64,000 nt of DNA from an uncultured Actinomycetota bacterium (GTDB lineage Bacteria > Actinomycetota > Actinomycetes > Propionibacteriales > Nocardioidaceae). The notes under the pieces were generated by a model. The model searched no databases. It saw only the letters and a list, made by a program, of their open reading frames with translations, and was not told where the DNA came from. Made by a program: the position numbers and the translations under genes. Shown here piece after piece: positions 18,000 through 27,202 of the stretch. The DNA lies in the NCBI GenBank assembly GCA_963728555.1, contig CAVSKP010000005.1, positions 21,413-85,412 on the forward strand. The letters run 5' to 3'. Position 1 is the stretch's first letter; every line of letters begins with the position of its first letter.

Positions 18000-19415
18000 A
18001 TGGGCCGGACCGCACGGGTCGTCGTCGCCGTGACGACGGCTGCCGGTCTGCTGACCGCGTGCACCGCCGACCCACCTCCCGAACGGAACGCCGCTCCGAC
18101 CCTGACGTCGTTCGGTGACGGGTACTATCCGCTCGACGGCAACACCGGCATCGACGTCGACCGCTACCGCATCCAGGTCGCGTACGCGTTCGACACCGGC
18201 CGGCTCACCGGCACGACCACGCTCACCATCAGGGCGACCAAGCGGCTGGCGTCGTTCTCCCTCGACTTCCTGCTGCCCGTCTCGGACGTCACCCTGAGCA
18301 CCGGCGCGGCGGCGTACTCGCAGGAGAGCGAGCACGAGCTGCTCATCACGCCCGGGAGCCCGATCGCGGCGGGCACGCGGTTCCGGGCGACGGTGACGTA
18401 CGCCGGGGTGCCGGCCGAGGCGACGTACCTCGGCACGAGCAACTGGCACGCCGACAAGTACGAGGTGGTCACCATCGACGAGCCGCACATGGCGCCGTGG
18501 TGGTTCCCGGCCAACGACCATCCATCCGACAAGGCGCGGATGGACGTCAGCGTCACGGTGCCGACCGGCAACACGGTGATCGGCAACGGTGCGCTCGTCT
18601 CCCGGCAGACGTCGCAGGACGGCACCACCTTCCGCTGGCGCGCGGCCGAGCCGATGGCGACGTACCTCGCCTTCTTCGCAGCGGGTCGCTTCACGGTGAC
18701 CCGCGGCGTCACCGCCGACGGCATCCCGTGGGTCGACGCCGTGTCGCAGCGCGGGACCGACCGGGAGCAGGCGCAGTCGGCGCGGCTGCTCGCTCACACG
18801 CCGAAGTACCTGTCGTGGCTGGTTTCGCGGCTGGGCGACTACCCCTTCGGCCAGACGGGCGGGGTGGTCAGCTCCTTGGGCGTGGGCTTCTCGCTCGAGA
18901 CGCAGACCCGGCCGGTGTACGGCGACCACATCCCGCGCGGGTACCACCAGCTGCTCGTGCACGAGCTCGCCCACCAGTGGTTCGGCGACTCGGTGTCCCT
19001 CACCCGGTGGCAGGACGTCTGGCTGAACGAGGGCTTCGCGACGTTCGTGGCCTGGGTGTACGACGAGGAGCACGGCGGCCGGTCCGCCCAGGACCTGCTG
19101 GTCGGCCTCTACGGAGGGGCCGGGCACATCGACTGGGCCCTGCCGATCGGTACGCCCGACCCCGACGACCTCTTCAACGAGGCGGTCTACGCCCGGGGAG
19201 GAATGACCCTGCAGGCGCTGCGCAACCGGATCGGCGACAAGGCGCTGTGGACCGTGCTGCGGACCTGGCTCCGCGAGCACCGCTACGCCAACGCCACCGC
19301 CGACGAGTTCATCGCCCTGGCCGAGCGCATCAGCGGCGAGGACCTGGACGGGTTCTTCGAGGCGTGGCTCGACACCCCCGAGCGGCCGGAACGTACGGCC
19401 GACAACGGCCTCTGA
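18000..19415 (+). CDS. M1 family metalloaminopeptidase lipoprotein
   Basis: LLTAC lipobox, WFPANDHPSDKA, VHELAHQWFGD...WLNEGFA, YARGGMTL; TACGGT -10 six nt before ATG (leaderless). Confidence 0.92.
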   Translation: MGRTARVVVAVTTAAGLLTACTADPPPERNAAPTLTSFGDGYYPLDGNTGIDVDRYRIQVAYAFDTGRLTGTTTLTIRATKRLASFSLDFLLPVSDVTLSTGAAAYSQESEHELLITPGSPIAAGTRFRATVTYAGVPAEATYLGTSNWHADKYEVVTIDEPHMAPWWFPANDHPSDKARMDVSVTVPTGNTVIGNGALVSRQTSQDGTTFRWRAAEPMATYLAFFAAGRFTVTRGVTADGIPWVDAVSQRGTDREQAQSARLLAHTPKYLSWLVSRLGDYPFGQTGGVVSSLGVGFSLETQTRPVYGDHIPRGYHQLLVHELAHQWFGDSVSLTRWQDVWLNEGFATFVAWVYDEEHGGRSAQDLLVGLYGGAGHIDWALPIGTPDPDDLFNEAVYARGGMTLQALRNRIGDKALWTVLRTWLREHRYANATADEFIALAERISGEDLDGFFEAWLDTPERPERTADNGL

Positions 19416-19417
19416 CC

Positions 19418-19620
19418 CGCCGAGTCGGCGCGTCTGCCGCCCGACCACCCGCCGAGTCGGCGTATCTGCCGCCCGACCACCCGCCGAGTCGGCGCAATTG
19501 CTCAAGAGGTACGCCGGTCGCCGTTACTTGCGGGCGGCGGACGCGCCGACTCGACTCCAACTTGAGCTGCAGACGCGCCGACTCGACCCGAATTTCAGCA
19601 GCAGACACGCCGACTCGGCG
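19418..19620. repeat. REP/BIME-like mosaic: 3 direct + 3 inverted copies of CGCCGAGTCGGCG
   Basis: Copies at 19418, 19450, 19482 (32-bp period), then three reverse-complement GAC(G/A)CGCCGACTCG copies ending at 19620. Confidence 0.8.
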
Positions 19621-19626
19621 GAGGAG

Positions 19627-20625
19627 TCAGCCCAGTGTCGACGTCCGGGCGACAAGCTCCGGCAGCAGGACCACCTGCTGGTGCACGTGGTCGGCGTTGT
19701 CAGCCTCGTCGAGGACGAGCTCGGCGGCCCGGCGGCCGAGCTCGTGGCGGGGCTGGCGGACCGAGGTGAGGGGGACGGCGGCTGCGCCGGCGAAGTAGAT
19801 GTCGTCGTACCCGACGATGGCCAGGTCGTCGGGGACGCGCAGCCCGGACGCCACCACCTGCTGCAGAAGTCCGAGCGCCAGGAGGTCGTTGGCACAGAAG
19901 GCCGCGGTGGGACGTCTGCTGCCCGACAGGCCGAGCAACCGCTCACCGGCCAGCCGGCCCTCGCGGACCGTGGTGGCCGACGTCCCGATCACCGTGACAT
20001 CGGGCGCGCCGGCGGCGGCAAGGCCACGGCTCGCGCCCTCGAGGCGGTCGCGGACCTGGCCGATCGACTCGGGGCCACCGACGAACGCGATCCGTGAGTG
20101 GCCGCGGTCCAGCAGGTGCTCGACGGCGAGCGTCCCACCGAGGACGTCGTCGACGGCGACGGAGCAGAGCGAGTCGTCGCGGGTGGTGCGGTCGACGATG
20201 ACGACGGGAGTGCCACGGCGCGCGACCGACGCGAGGTGCTCGGCCTCCGGGTCGATCGGAGTGACCAGGATGCCCTGCACGCGCTGCTCGACGAGATGGG
20301 AGAGGTACGCGGCCTCGCGGTCGACGCGGTTGCCGCTGTTGCACATGTACAGCGAGAAGTGGCCTCCCTCGGCCGTCTCCTCGATCCCGGCGGCCACGTC
20401 GGTGAAGAACGGGTTGGCCGCGTCGAGCATCACGTACGCCAGGGTGCGGCTGCGGCCGGACCTGAGGTGCCGGGCAGCCTCGTTCCGGACGAAGCCGAGG
20501 TCGGCCATCGCCTGCTCGACCTTGTGTCGCGTCACCGGGCTGACGCGGTCGGGGCGGTTGAGCACGTTCGACACCGTGCCCAGCGACACGCCCGCAAGTG
20601 CCGCGACGTCCTTGACGCCGGCCAT
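19627..20625 (-). CDS. rhaR: LacI family regulator of the rhamnose operon
   Basis: VKDVAALAGVSLGTVSNVLN HTH, VGYDDI, LTSVRQP; divergent from the rha operon. Confidence 0.9.
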   Translation of the reverse strand: MAGVKDVAALAGVSLGTVSNVLNRPDRVSPVTRHKVEQAMADLGFVRNEAARHLRSGRSRTLAYVMLDAANPFFTDVAAGIEETAEGGHFSLYMCNSGNRVDREAAYLSHLVEQRVQGILVTPIDPEAEHLASVARRGTPVVIVDRTTRDDSLCSVAVDDVLGGTLAVEHLLDRGHSRIAFVGGPESIGQVRDRLEGASRGLAAAGAPDVTVIGTSATTVREGRLAGERLLGLSGSRRPTAAFCANDLLALGLLQQVVASGLRVPDDLAIVGYDDIYFAGAAAVPLTSVRQPRHELGRRAAELVLDEADNADHVHQQVVLLPELVARTSTLG

Positions 20626-20650
20626 CCAGCTCCCCGTTCCGGACCGACGT

Positions 20651-20754
20651 TGCAACGCTTCAGCAGTCCTTGTCGCGGTCAATCTAGTGCAAACCCTTGA
20701 CGAATGTGAACGCCGTCACCTACCGTCCTCACATTGCAATTGAAACCTTTCAAT
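20651..20754 (+). promoter_or_regulatory. rha operon promoter with LacI-type operators
   Basis: TTGACG (20697) N18 TACCGT (20721); ATTGAAACCTTTCAAT (20739-20754) and TGCAACGCTTCA (20651-20662) resemble TGAAACGTTTCA. Confidence 0.7.
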
Positions 20755-20790
20755 CCGAATCCCGCAAGAGCCGACCCGGATCGAGGACCG

Positions 20791-22308
20791 ATGAGCGCAG
20801 CCGACACCACTCCGGTGCTGGAGCTGCGCGACGTCTCCAAGTCCTTCGGCCCGGTCGTCGCGCTGCGCTCCGGCAGCCTCGCGGTCGACGCCGGCAGCAT
20901 CCACGCGCTCGTCGGCGAGAACGGCGCCGGCAAGTCCACGCTGGTCAAGGTGGTCGCCGGCGTCTACCGCCGCGACGGTGGCGACTTCCTCCTCGGCGGC
21001 GAGCCCGTCGACTTCGGGTCGACCGCGGAGTCCAAGAACGCCGGCATCGCCGTCATCTACCAGGAACCGACACTCTTCCCCGATCTGTCCGTCACCGAGA
21101 ACATCTTCATGGGTCGGATGCCGCTCGGCGCCAACAGGCGGATCGACCGGTCCGGCATGCACCGCGAGGCCAATGCCCTCTTCAAGCGGCTGGGCGTCCA
21201 CATCGACCCGCGCCGCCCGGCGCTCGGCCTCTCGATCGCCGACCAGCAGATCATCGAGATCGCCAAGGCCATCTCCCTCGACGCGCGGCTGCTCATCATG
21301 GACGAGCCCACCGCGGCCCTCAGCGGCAACGAGGTCGCGCGGCTGTTCGCCGTGGCCCGCAGCCTGCGTGACGAAGGTCGCGCCCTGGTGTTCATCTCCC
21401 ACCGCTTCGACGAGGTCTTCGCCCTCTGCGACACCGTCACGGTGATGCGGGACGGCTCCTACATCTCCACCGACCCGGTCGCAGAGACGACCGAGTCGCA
21501 GATCGTCGCCAAGATGGTCGGCCGCGAGGTGGGCGAGCTGTTCCCCAAGACCCCGGCCGAGATCGGCGAGGTCGTCCTCGACGTCCAGGGGCTGGAGACC
21601 GCCGGCGAGTTCCATGGCGTCTCCTTCCAGGTCCGGGCGGGCGAGATCGTGGGGCTCGCCGGCCTCGTCGGCGCCGGTCGCAGCGAGATCGCCCGCGCGG
21701 TCTTCGGTGTCGACCGGTACGACGCCGGCTCGGTCACCCTGCTCGGAACGCCTGTCCCCGCGCACGACCCGCGTGCGGCGATCCGGGCCGGCATCGCGTT
21801 CGTCCCCGAGGACCGCCGCCAGCAGGGACTGGTCGTCCACGGCTCGATCGGCAAGAACATCGCCTCGGTCATCCGTGGCGGCCTCGACAAGGCGGGTTTC
21901 CTGACAGCCGGCGCGGAGTACAAGGCCGCACGGCCGTGGGCCGCCCGCCTCGAGGTCAAGACCAACGCGCTCGACATGACGGCCGCCACCATGAGCGGTG
22001 GCAACCAGCAGAAGGTCGTCATCGCCAAGTGGCTGGCCACCAACCCCCGACTGCTGATCATCGACGAGCCGACCCGCGGCATCGACGTCGGCACCAAGGC
22101 GGAGGTGCACCGCCTGCTGTCGGAGCTCGCCGGTCAGGGCCTCGCGATCCTGATGATCTCCAGCGAGCTGCCGGAGGTGCTCGGCATGGCCGACCGCGTG
22201 CTCGTCGTCTGCGAGGGCCGGATCACCGCCGACATCCCCCGCGACGAGGCCACACCGGAGAACGTCATGTCCGCAGCCACTCGTTCGTCTGAGGGAGCAT
22301 CCCGATGA
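20791..22308 (+). CDS. rhaT: Sugar (L-rhamnose) ABC transporter ATP-binding protein
   Basis: GENGAGKST, DEPTA, MSGGNQQKV, DEPTRGIDVG; CUT2 double NBD. Confidence 0.92.
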   Translation: MSAADTTPVLELRDVSKSFGPVVALRSGSLAVDAGSIHALVGENGAGKSTLVKVVAGVYRRDGGDFLLGGEPVDFGSTAESKNAGIAVIYQEPTLFPDLSVTENIFMGRMPLGANRRIDRSGMHREANALFKRLGVHIDPRRPALGLSIADQQIIEIAKAISLDARLLIMDEPTAALSGNEVARLFAVARSLRDEGRALVFISHRFDEVFALCDTVTVMRDGSYISTDPVAETTESQIVAKMVGREVGELFPKTPAEIGEVVLDVQGLETAGEFHGVSFQVRAGEIVGLAGLVGAGRSEIARAVFGVDRYDAGSVTLLGTPVPAHDPRAAIRAGIAFVPEDRRQQGLVVHGSIGKNIASVIRGGLDKAGFLTAGAEYKAARPWAARLEVKTNALDMTAATMSGGNQQKVVIAKWLATNPRLLIIDEPTRGIDVGTKAEVHRLLSELAGQGLAILMISSELPEVLGMADRVLVVCEGRITADIPRDEATPENVMSAATRSSEGASR

Positions 22309-23336
22309 GCACCCTTCTGGTCGAGCCCAGCCAGCAGTCGCGCGGCCAGCGGGTGCTGACCACCCTGCTGCGCTCACGCGAGCTGTCGATCGCTGTCGTG
22401 CTTGTCCTCATCCTGCTGGCCGCCACCGCCAAGCGCTCGACGTTCATCTTCAGCCACGACGGCTGGCGCGACACCCTGCTGGCGCCCTCGATCCTGCTGC
22501 TGCTCGCGATCGGCCAGATGGTCGTGATCGTCACCCGCAACGTGGACCTCTCCGTCGGCTCCACGCTCGGGGTGACGGCCTACGTCACGGGCAAGATCTT
22601 CATCAGCAACCCCGACACCCCCGTCGTGCTCGTCTTCCTCGCGGGCCTGCTCGTCGGGGCCGCCCTGGGTGCCATCAACGGGCTCCTCGTCGCCTTCTTC
22701 CGCGTTCCCGCCCTGGTCGTGACCCTCGGCACGATGTACATCTTCCGCGGCGTCCTGACCAACAAGATCGGCAACGGCCGCATCGTCGCCGGCGACATCC
22801 CGGCCAACTTCGAGAAGCTCGGCACCCAGCAGTTCCTGACGATCCCGCTGCTCACCATCATCGGCCTGGTCGTGCTGGCGGTCGTGGGCTACTACCTGCA
22901 GACCGCACGCGGGGGCCGGGAGCTGTACGCCATCGGCTCAGACCCCGACGCTGCCCAGCTCTACGGCCTCAACGTCGGCAGGCGGGTCTTCGGCGCCTTC
23001 GTCCTCTGCGGTGCCCTGGCGGGACTCGCCGGCGTCTTCTCGGTCGCCCGCTACGCCACCGCCTTCGCGGGCACGGGAAGGGACCTCGAGCTCCAGGCCG
23101 TGGCCGCCGTGGTGATCGGCGGCGTCGCGATCTTCGGCGGCAGCGGCACGGTGTGGGGTGCGGCCATCGGCGCCTTCCTGCTCGTCACCATCAACCGCGC
23201 GCTCCCGATCCTCGGCATCAGTGACTTCTGGCAGGGCGCCGTGGTCGGTGGGCTGATCATCGGCTCGATCGTCCTGGACCGCGTGCTGACCCTGCGCCGC
23301 ACCCATCAGCTCATCGAAGCGAGGGACGAACAATGA
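22305..23336 (+). CDS. rhaP: Rhamnose ABC transporter permease
   Basis: BPD_transp_2 motifs DLSVGS, YAIGSDP, ELQAVAAVVIGG. Confidence 0.9.
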   Translation: MSTLLVEPSQQSRGQRVLTTLLRSRELSIAVVLVLILLAATAKRSTFIFSHDGWRDTLLAPSILLLLAIGQMVVIVTRNVDLSVGSTLGVTAYVTGKIFISNPDTPVVLVFLAGLLVGAALGAINGLLVAFFRVPALVVTLGTMYIFRGVLTNKIGNGRIVAGDIPANFEKLGTQQFLTIPLLTIIGLVVLAVVGYYLQTARGGRELYAIGSDPDAAQLYGLNVGRRVFGAFVLCGALAGLAGVFSVARYATAFAGTGRDLELQAVAAVVIGGVAIFGGSGTVWGAAIGAFLLVTINRALPILGISDFWQGAVVGGLIIGSIVLDRVLTLRRTHQLIEARDEQ

Positions 23337-24412
23337 GCACCCTGACCGCCACGCCGGCGCGCACGTACCCGGCGTACTCCCGCAACATCGTCCAGCGCCT
23401 CCTGGTCAACCGAGAGTCCGCGGTCATCGCGCTCCTGGTGATCGTCTACGTCTACTCGCTGGTCAACGTGCAGTTCTTCGACGGGCCGCTGACGACCTAC
23501 AACCTGTTCAAGGAGTACGCGCCGATCCTGCTGATGGCCCTGCCCATGACGCTCATCATCATCACCGGCGAGATCGACCTGTCGGTGTCGAGCACCTTGG
23601 GTGTCTGCGCGGCCGCCTGCGGCGTGATGGTCAAGGAACACGGCCTGTCGATGCCGACCGCCATCATCGTGACCCTCCTCCTCGGGCTGGCGCTCGGCGC
23701 GGTCAACGGCTTCCTCGTGGCGTACGTCGGGCTGCCCTCGCTAGCCGTCACCATCGGCACGCTCGCCCTCTACCGCGGACTCGCGGAGGGGCTGATCCAG
23801 ACCGACCGGATCGCGGAGTTCCCGGCCTCGTGGCAGGACTGGCCGACCGAGCGGATCGGCGGCACGAACTTCCCGAACATCATGATCCTGGTGGTCGTCC
23901 TGGCCCTGGTGTTCGGGCTGCTCCTGCACTTCACGTCCTTCGGCCGGGGCATCTTCGAGATCGGCCTCAGCTCCGAGACCGCCCACTTCTCGGGCGTGCA
24001 CGTGGCCCGCACCAAGTTCCTCCTGTTCGTGATGAGCGGCTTCGTGGCAGCGCTGGCCGGCATCTATGTGCTGCTGCGATCCGACTCGGTCGCCACCGAC
24101 ACCGGCGTGGGCTTCGAGCTCAAGGTGATCGCCTCGGTGCTCCTCGGCGGCGTCTCGATCTTCGGCGGCCGAGGTGCGCTGCACGGCGTCATCGCCGGCG
24201 TACTGCTCATCGCCGTCCTCAACTCCGCCCTCCAGCTCAGCAACAAGGGCTCGGAGATCATCCAGATCATCATCGGCCTGCTCCTGGTCGTCTCGGTGAT
24301 CGCCTCCAGCTTCCTGCCGCGGATCCGGGAGCTCCTCCCGCGCAGGGCCATGGCCCCAGGGCCACCCAAGGCGCCGAAATCCGGCGACGAATCACGAAAG
24401 GCAAGGCAATGA
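23333..24412 (+). CDS. rhaQ: Rhamnose ABC transporter permease
   Basis: GEIDLSV, FGRGIFEIG, ELKVIASVLLGG. Confidence 0.9.
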   Translation: MSTLTATPARTYPAYSRNIVQRLLVNRESAVIALLVIVYVYSLVNVQFFDGPLTTYNLFKEYAPILLMALPMTLIIITGEIDLSVSSTLGVCAAACGVMVKEHGLSMPTAIIVTLLLGLALGAVNGFLVAYVGLPSLAVTIGTLALYRGLAEGLIQTDRIAEFPASWQDWPTERIGGTNFPNIMILVVVLALVFGLLLHFTSFGRGIFEIGLSSETAHFSGVHVARTKFLLFVMSGFVAALAGIYVLLRSDSVATDTGVGFELKVIASVLLGGVSIFGGRGALHGVIAGVLLIAVLNSALQLSNKGSEIIQIIIGLLLVVSVIASSFLPRIRELLPRRAMAPGPPKAPKSGDESRKARQ

Positions 24413-25458
24413 TCATCAAGACGAAACGATTCGCCGCCGTGGCAGTCATGGCGCTGGTCGCCGGGCTCAGTCTCACGGCGTGTGGGTCCGACGACTCCTC
24501 CGCGGCCGGGGACGGGGGCGACGGAGGCAGCGGGGGTGGCGGCGACGCCACGACCGTGACGTTCCTCCCCAAGAACCTCGGCAACCCGTACTTCGACACC
24601 AGCGACGCCGGCGGCAAGAAGGCCGTCGAGGAGTTCGGCGGCACCTACGCCGAGGTCGGCCCCGACACGGCCGGGCCCGACGCCCAGGTCTCCTTCATCG
24701 ACACCGCGGCCCAGCAGGGCATCAACGCCCTGGTGATCTCGGCCAACGACCCCAAGGCGCTGTGCGACTCCATCGGCGCCGCCCGCGACGCCGGCACCAA
24801 GATCGTGACCTTCGACTCCGACACCGACCCGTCGTGCCGCGACCTGTTCATCAACCAGGCCACCGCCGACGGCATCGCCCAGGTCGAGGTCGACATGATC
24901 GCCGAGCAGATCGGGGACTCCGGTGAGATCGCGATCCTCTCGGCCGCTGCCAATGCGACCAACCAGAACGCGTGGATCGAGACCATGAAGGCGTCCCTGG
25001 AGGCCGACCACCCCGACATCAAGCTGGTCGACGTCGTGTACGGCGACGACGACGACCAGAAGTCGTTCGACCAGACCGCGGCCCTGCTCTCGGACCACCC
25101 GGACCTCAAGGGCATCATCTCGCCGACCACCGTCGGCATTGCCGCGGCCGCGCGTTACCTGTCCACCTCCGACGCCAAGGGCAAGGTCGCGCTGACCGGT
25201 CTGGGCACCCCCAACCAGATGCGTGACTACGTCGAGGACGGCACCGTCACCGAGTTCGCCTTGTGGAACCCGGGCGACCTGGGCTACCTCGCGGCGTACG
25301 CCGCCAAGGCCCTGGTCGACGGCGACATCACCGGCGCGGAGGGCGACACCTTCACCGCCGGCGACCTGGGTGACTTCGAGGTCGGTCCGGACGCCACCGT
25401 GCTGCTCGGCGAGCCGTACCGCTTCAACAAGGACAACATCGGGGACTTCGACTTCTGA
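24409..25458 (+). CDS. rhaS: Rhamnose ABC substrate-binding lipoprotein
   Basis: LTAC lipobox, PKNLGNPYF, TFDSD, GLGTPNQM, LWNPGDLGY. Confidence 0.92.
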   Translation: MIIKTKRFAAVAVMALVAGLSLTACGSDDSSAAGDGGDGGSGGGGDATTVTFLPKNLGNPYFDTSDAGGKKAVEEFGGTYAEVGPDTAGPDAQVSFIDTAAQQGINALVISANDPKALCDSIGAARDAGTKIVTFDSDTDPSCRDLFINQATADGIAQVEVDMIAEQIGDSGEIAILSAAANATNQNAWIETMKASLEADHPDIKLVDVVYGDDDDQKSFDQTAALLSDHPDLKGIISPTTVGIAAAARYLSTSDAKGKVALTGLGTPNQMRDYVEDGTVTEFALWNPGDLGYLAAYAAKALVDGDITGAEGDTFTAGDLGDFEVGPDATVLLGEPYRFNKDNIGDFDF

Positions 25459-25636
25459 TCGCCCAGGCCCGAGCTTGCGAGGGCCTGAGAAGGCGATCAG
25501 GTCGAGGAGGGTTGCGCAGACCCGAGCCTGTGAGGGGCTGCGCAACCCGTCTCGAGACCTCGGTGAGGTGACCGCCAACGGCAACTCACCGGGTCTCGAG
25601 GCTCGGCCGCGGACGGCCTCGCACCTCGACCACCGA
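25459..25636. repeat. Hairpin plus inverted REP doublet (GGTCTCGA...CTCGACC family)
   Basis: CAGGCCC-GAGCTTGCGA-GGGCCTG hairpin; reverse REP copy 25500-25559 with an internal GGGTTGCGCAG/CTGCGCAACCC stem; forward copy 25592-25636. Confidence 0.7.
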
Positions 25637-25655
25637 ACATGAAGGGAGGTCAGCC

Positions 25656-26030
25656 ATGCCCCGCTACTGCTTCCAGCTCCACGTGAAGCCCGACCGGATC
25701 GAGGAGTACCGCGAACGGCACGCGGCGGTGTGGCCCGACATGCTCCAGGCCCTGGCCGACACCGGCTGGCGCAACTACTCGCTCTTCCTGCGACCCGACG
25801 GGCTGCTCATCGGCTACGTCGAGTCCGACGACCTCGCGGCCGCCCAGGCGGCGATGGACACCACCGACGTGAACGCCCGCTGGCAGGCGGAGATGGCCCC
25901 GTACTTCGAGGCCCTCGACGTACCACCCGACCAGGGGTTCCTCCTTCTCGAGGAGGTCTTCCACCTCGAGGACCAGCTCGCCGCTCTCGCGCCACCCGAC
26001 ACCCAGACCGCCAACGACAGCAGGGACTGA
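25656..26030 (+). CDS. rhaM: L-rhamnose mutarotase
   Basis: EEYRERHAAVWPDM, NYSLF, RWQAEM. Confidence 0.93.
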   Translation: MPRYCFQLHVKPDRIEEYRERHAAVWPDMLQALADTGWRNYSLFLRPDGLLIGYVESDDLAAAQAAMDTTDVNARWQAEMAPYFEALDVPPDQGFLLLEEVFHLEDQLAALAPPDTQTANDSRD

Positions 26031-26034
26031 CCAG

Positions 26035-27198
26035 ATGACCACCTTCGCCGACATCGCCGGCCGGCTCGAGAAGCTGGCCATCGAGGTCCCCTCCTGGGCC
26101 TACGGCAACTCCGGCACCCGGTTCAAGGTGTTCGGCTCCCCCGGCACCCCTCGCACCGTCGAGGAGAAGATCGCCGACGCCGCCACGGTGCACCGGTTCA
26201 CCGGCCTGGCCCCCACCGTCGCGCTGCACATCCCCTGGGACCTGGTCGACGACTTCGGCAAGCTCCGGGCCTACGCCGAGGACCTGGGCGTCGGCCTGGG
26301 CACCATCAACTCCAACACCTTCCAGGACGACGACTTCAAGCTCGGCAGCCTGACCCACGCCGACCCGGCCGTCCGTCGCAAGGCCGTCCAGCACAACCTC
26401 GACTGCATCGAGGTCATGAACGCCACCGGCTCGCGCGACCTGAAGATCTGGCTCGCCGACGGCACCAACTACCCGGGCCAGGCCGACATCCGGACCCGCC
26501 AGGACTGGCTGGCCGAGGGCCTCGCCCAGATCTACGCCCAGATCGGCGAGGACCAGCGGCTGGTGCTCGAGTACAAGTTCTTCGAGCCGGCGTTCTACCA
26601 CACCGACGTCCCTGACTGGGGTACGTCGTTCGTGCACTGCCTCGCGCTCGGCGAGCGGGCCGTTGTCTGCCTGGACACCGGCCACCACGCCCCCGGCACC
26701 AACATCGAGTTCATCGTCGCCCAGCTCGCGCGGCTCGGAAAGCTCGGCTCGTTCGACTTCAACAGCCGCTTCTACGCCGACGACGACCTGATCGTCGGGG
26801 CGGCCGACCCGTTCCAGCTGTTCCGGATCATGGTCGAGGTGATCCGCGGGGGCGCGTACGACGGGCAGACGCCCGCCGCACTGATGCTCGACCAGTGCCA
26901 CAACATCGAGAACAAGATCCCCGGCCAGATCCGCTCGGTGCTGAACGTGCAGGAGATGGTGGCCCGCGCCCTGCTGCTCGACCACGACTCGCTCGCCGCC
27001 GCCCAACAAGCCGGCGACGTGCTGGCCGCCAACCAGATCTACATGGACGCGTTCTACACCGACGTACGACGCGACCTCGCCGGCTTCCGCGAGGAGCGCG
27101 GGCTGCCGGCCGACCCGATGGCGGCCTACCTCGCCAGCGGGTACCAGGAGACGATCGAGTCCGACCGCATCGGCGGCTCGCAAGCAGGATGGAACTGA
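26035..27198 (+). CDS. rhaI: L-rhamnose isomerase (RhaI type)
   Basis: PSWAYGNSGTRFKVF, LHIPWD, EYKFFEP, DTGHH, FYADDD. Confidence 0.95.
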   Translation: MTTFADIAGRLEKLAIEVPSWAYGNSGTRFKVFGSPGTPRTVEEKIADAATVHRFTGLAPTVALHIPWDLVDDFGKLRAYAEDLGVGLGTINSNTFQDDDFKLGSLTHADPAVRRKAVQHNLDCIEVMNATGSRDLKIWLADGTNYPGQADIRTRQDWLAEGLAQIYAQIGEDQRLVLEYKFFEPAFYHTDVPDWGTSFVHCLALGERAVVCLDTGHHAPGTNIEFIVAQLARLGKLGSFDFNSRFYADDDLIVGAADPFQLFRIMVEVIRGGAYDGQTPAALMLDQCHNIENKIPGQIRSVLNVQEMVARALLLDHDSLAAAQQAGDVLAANQIYMDAFYTDVRRDLAGFREERGLPADPMAAYLASGYQETIESDRIGGSQAGWN

Positions 27199-27202
27199 CC
27201 TC

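Noticed and set aside
16722-19415. 897-aa ThrC-aminopeptidase fusion
   Set aside because: Produced by a frameshift near 17828; thrC has its own TAG (17937) and the peptidase its own leaderless start and lipobox
19418-19500. Regular 32-bp repeats as a CRISPR array
   Set aside because: Spacers are nearly identical rather than unique, there are only three units followed by inverted copies, and no cas genes
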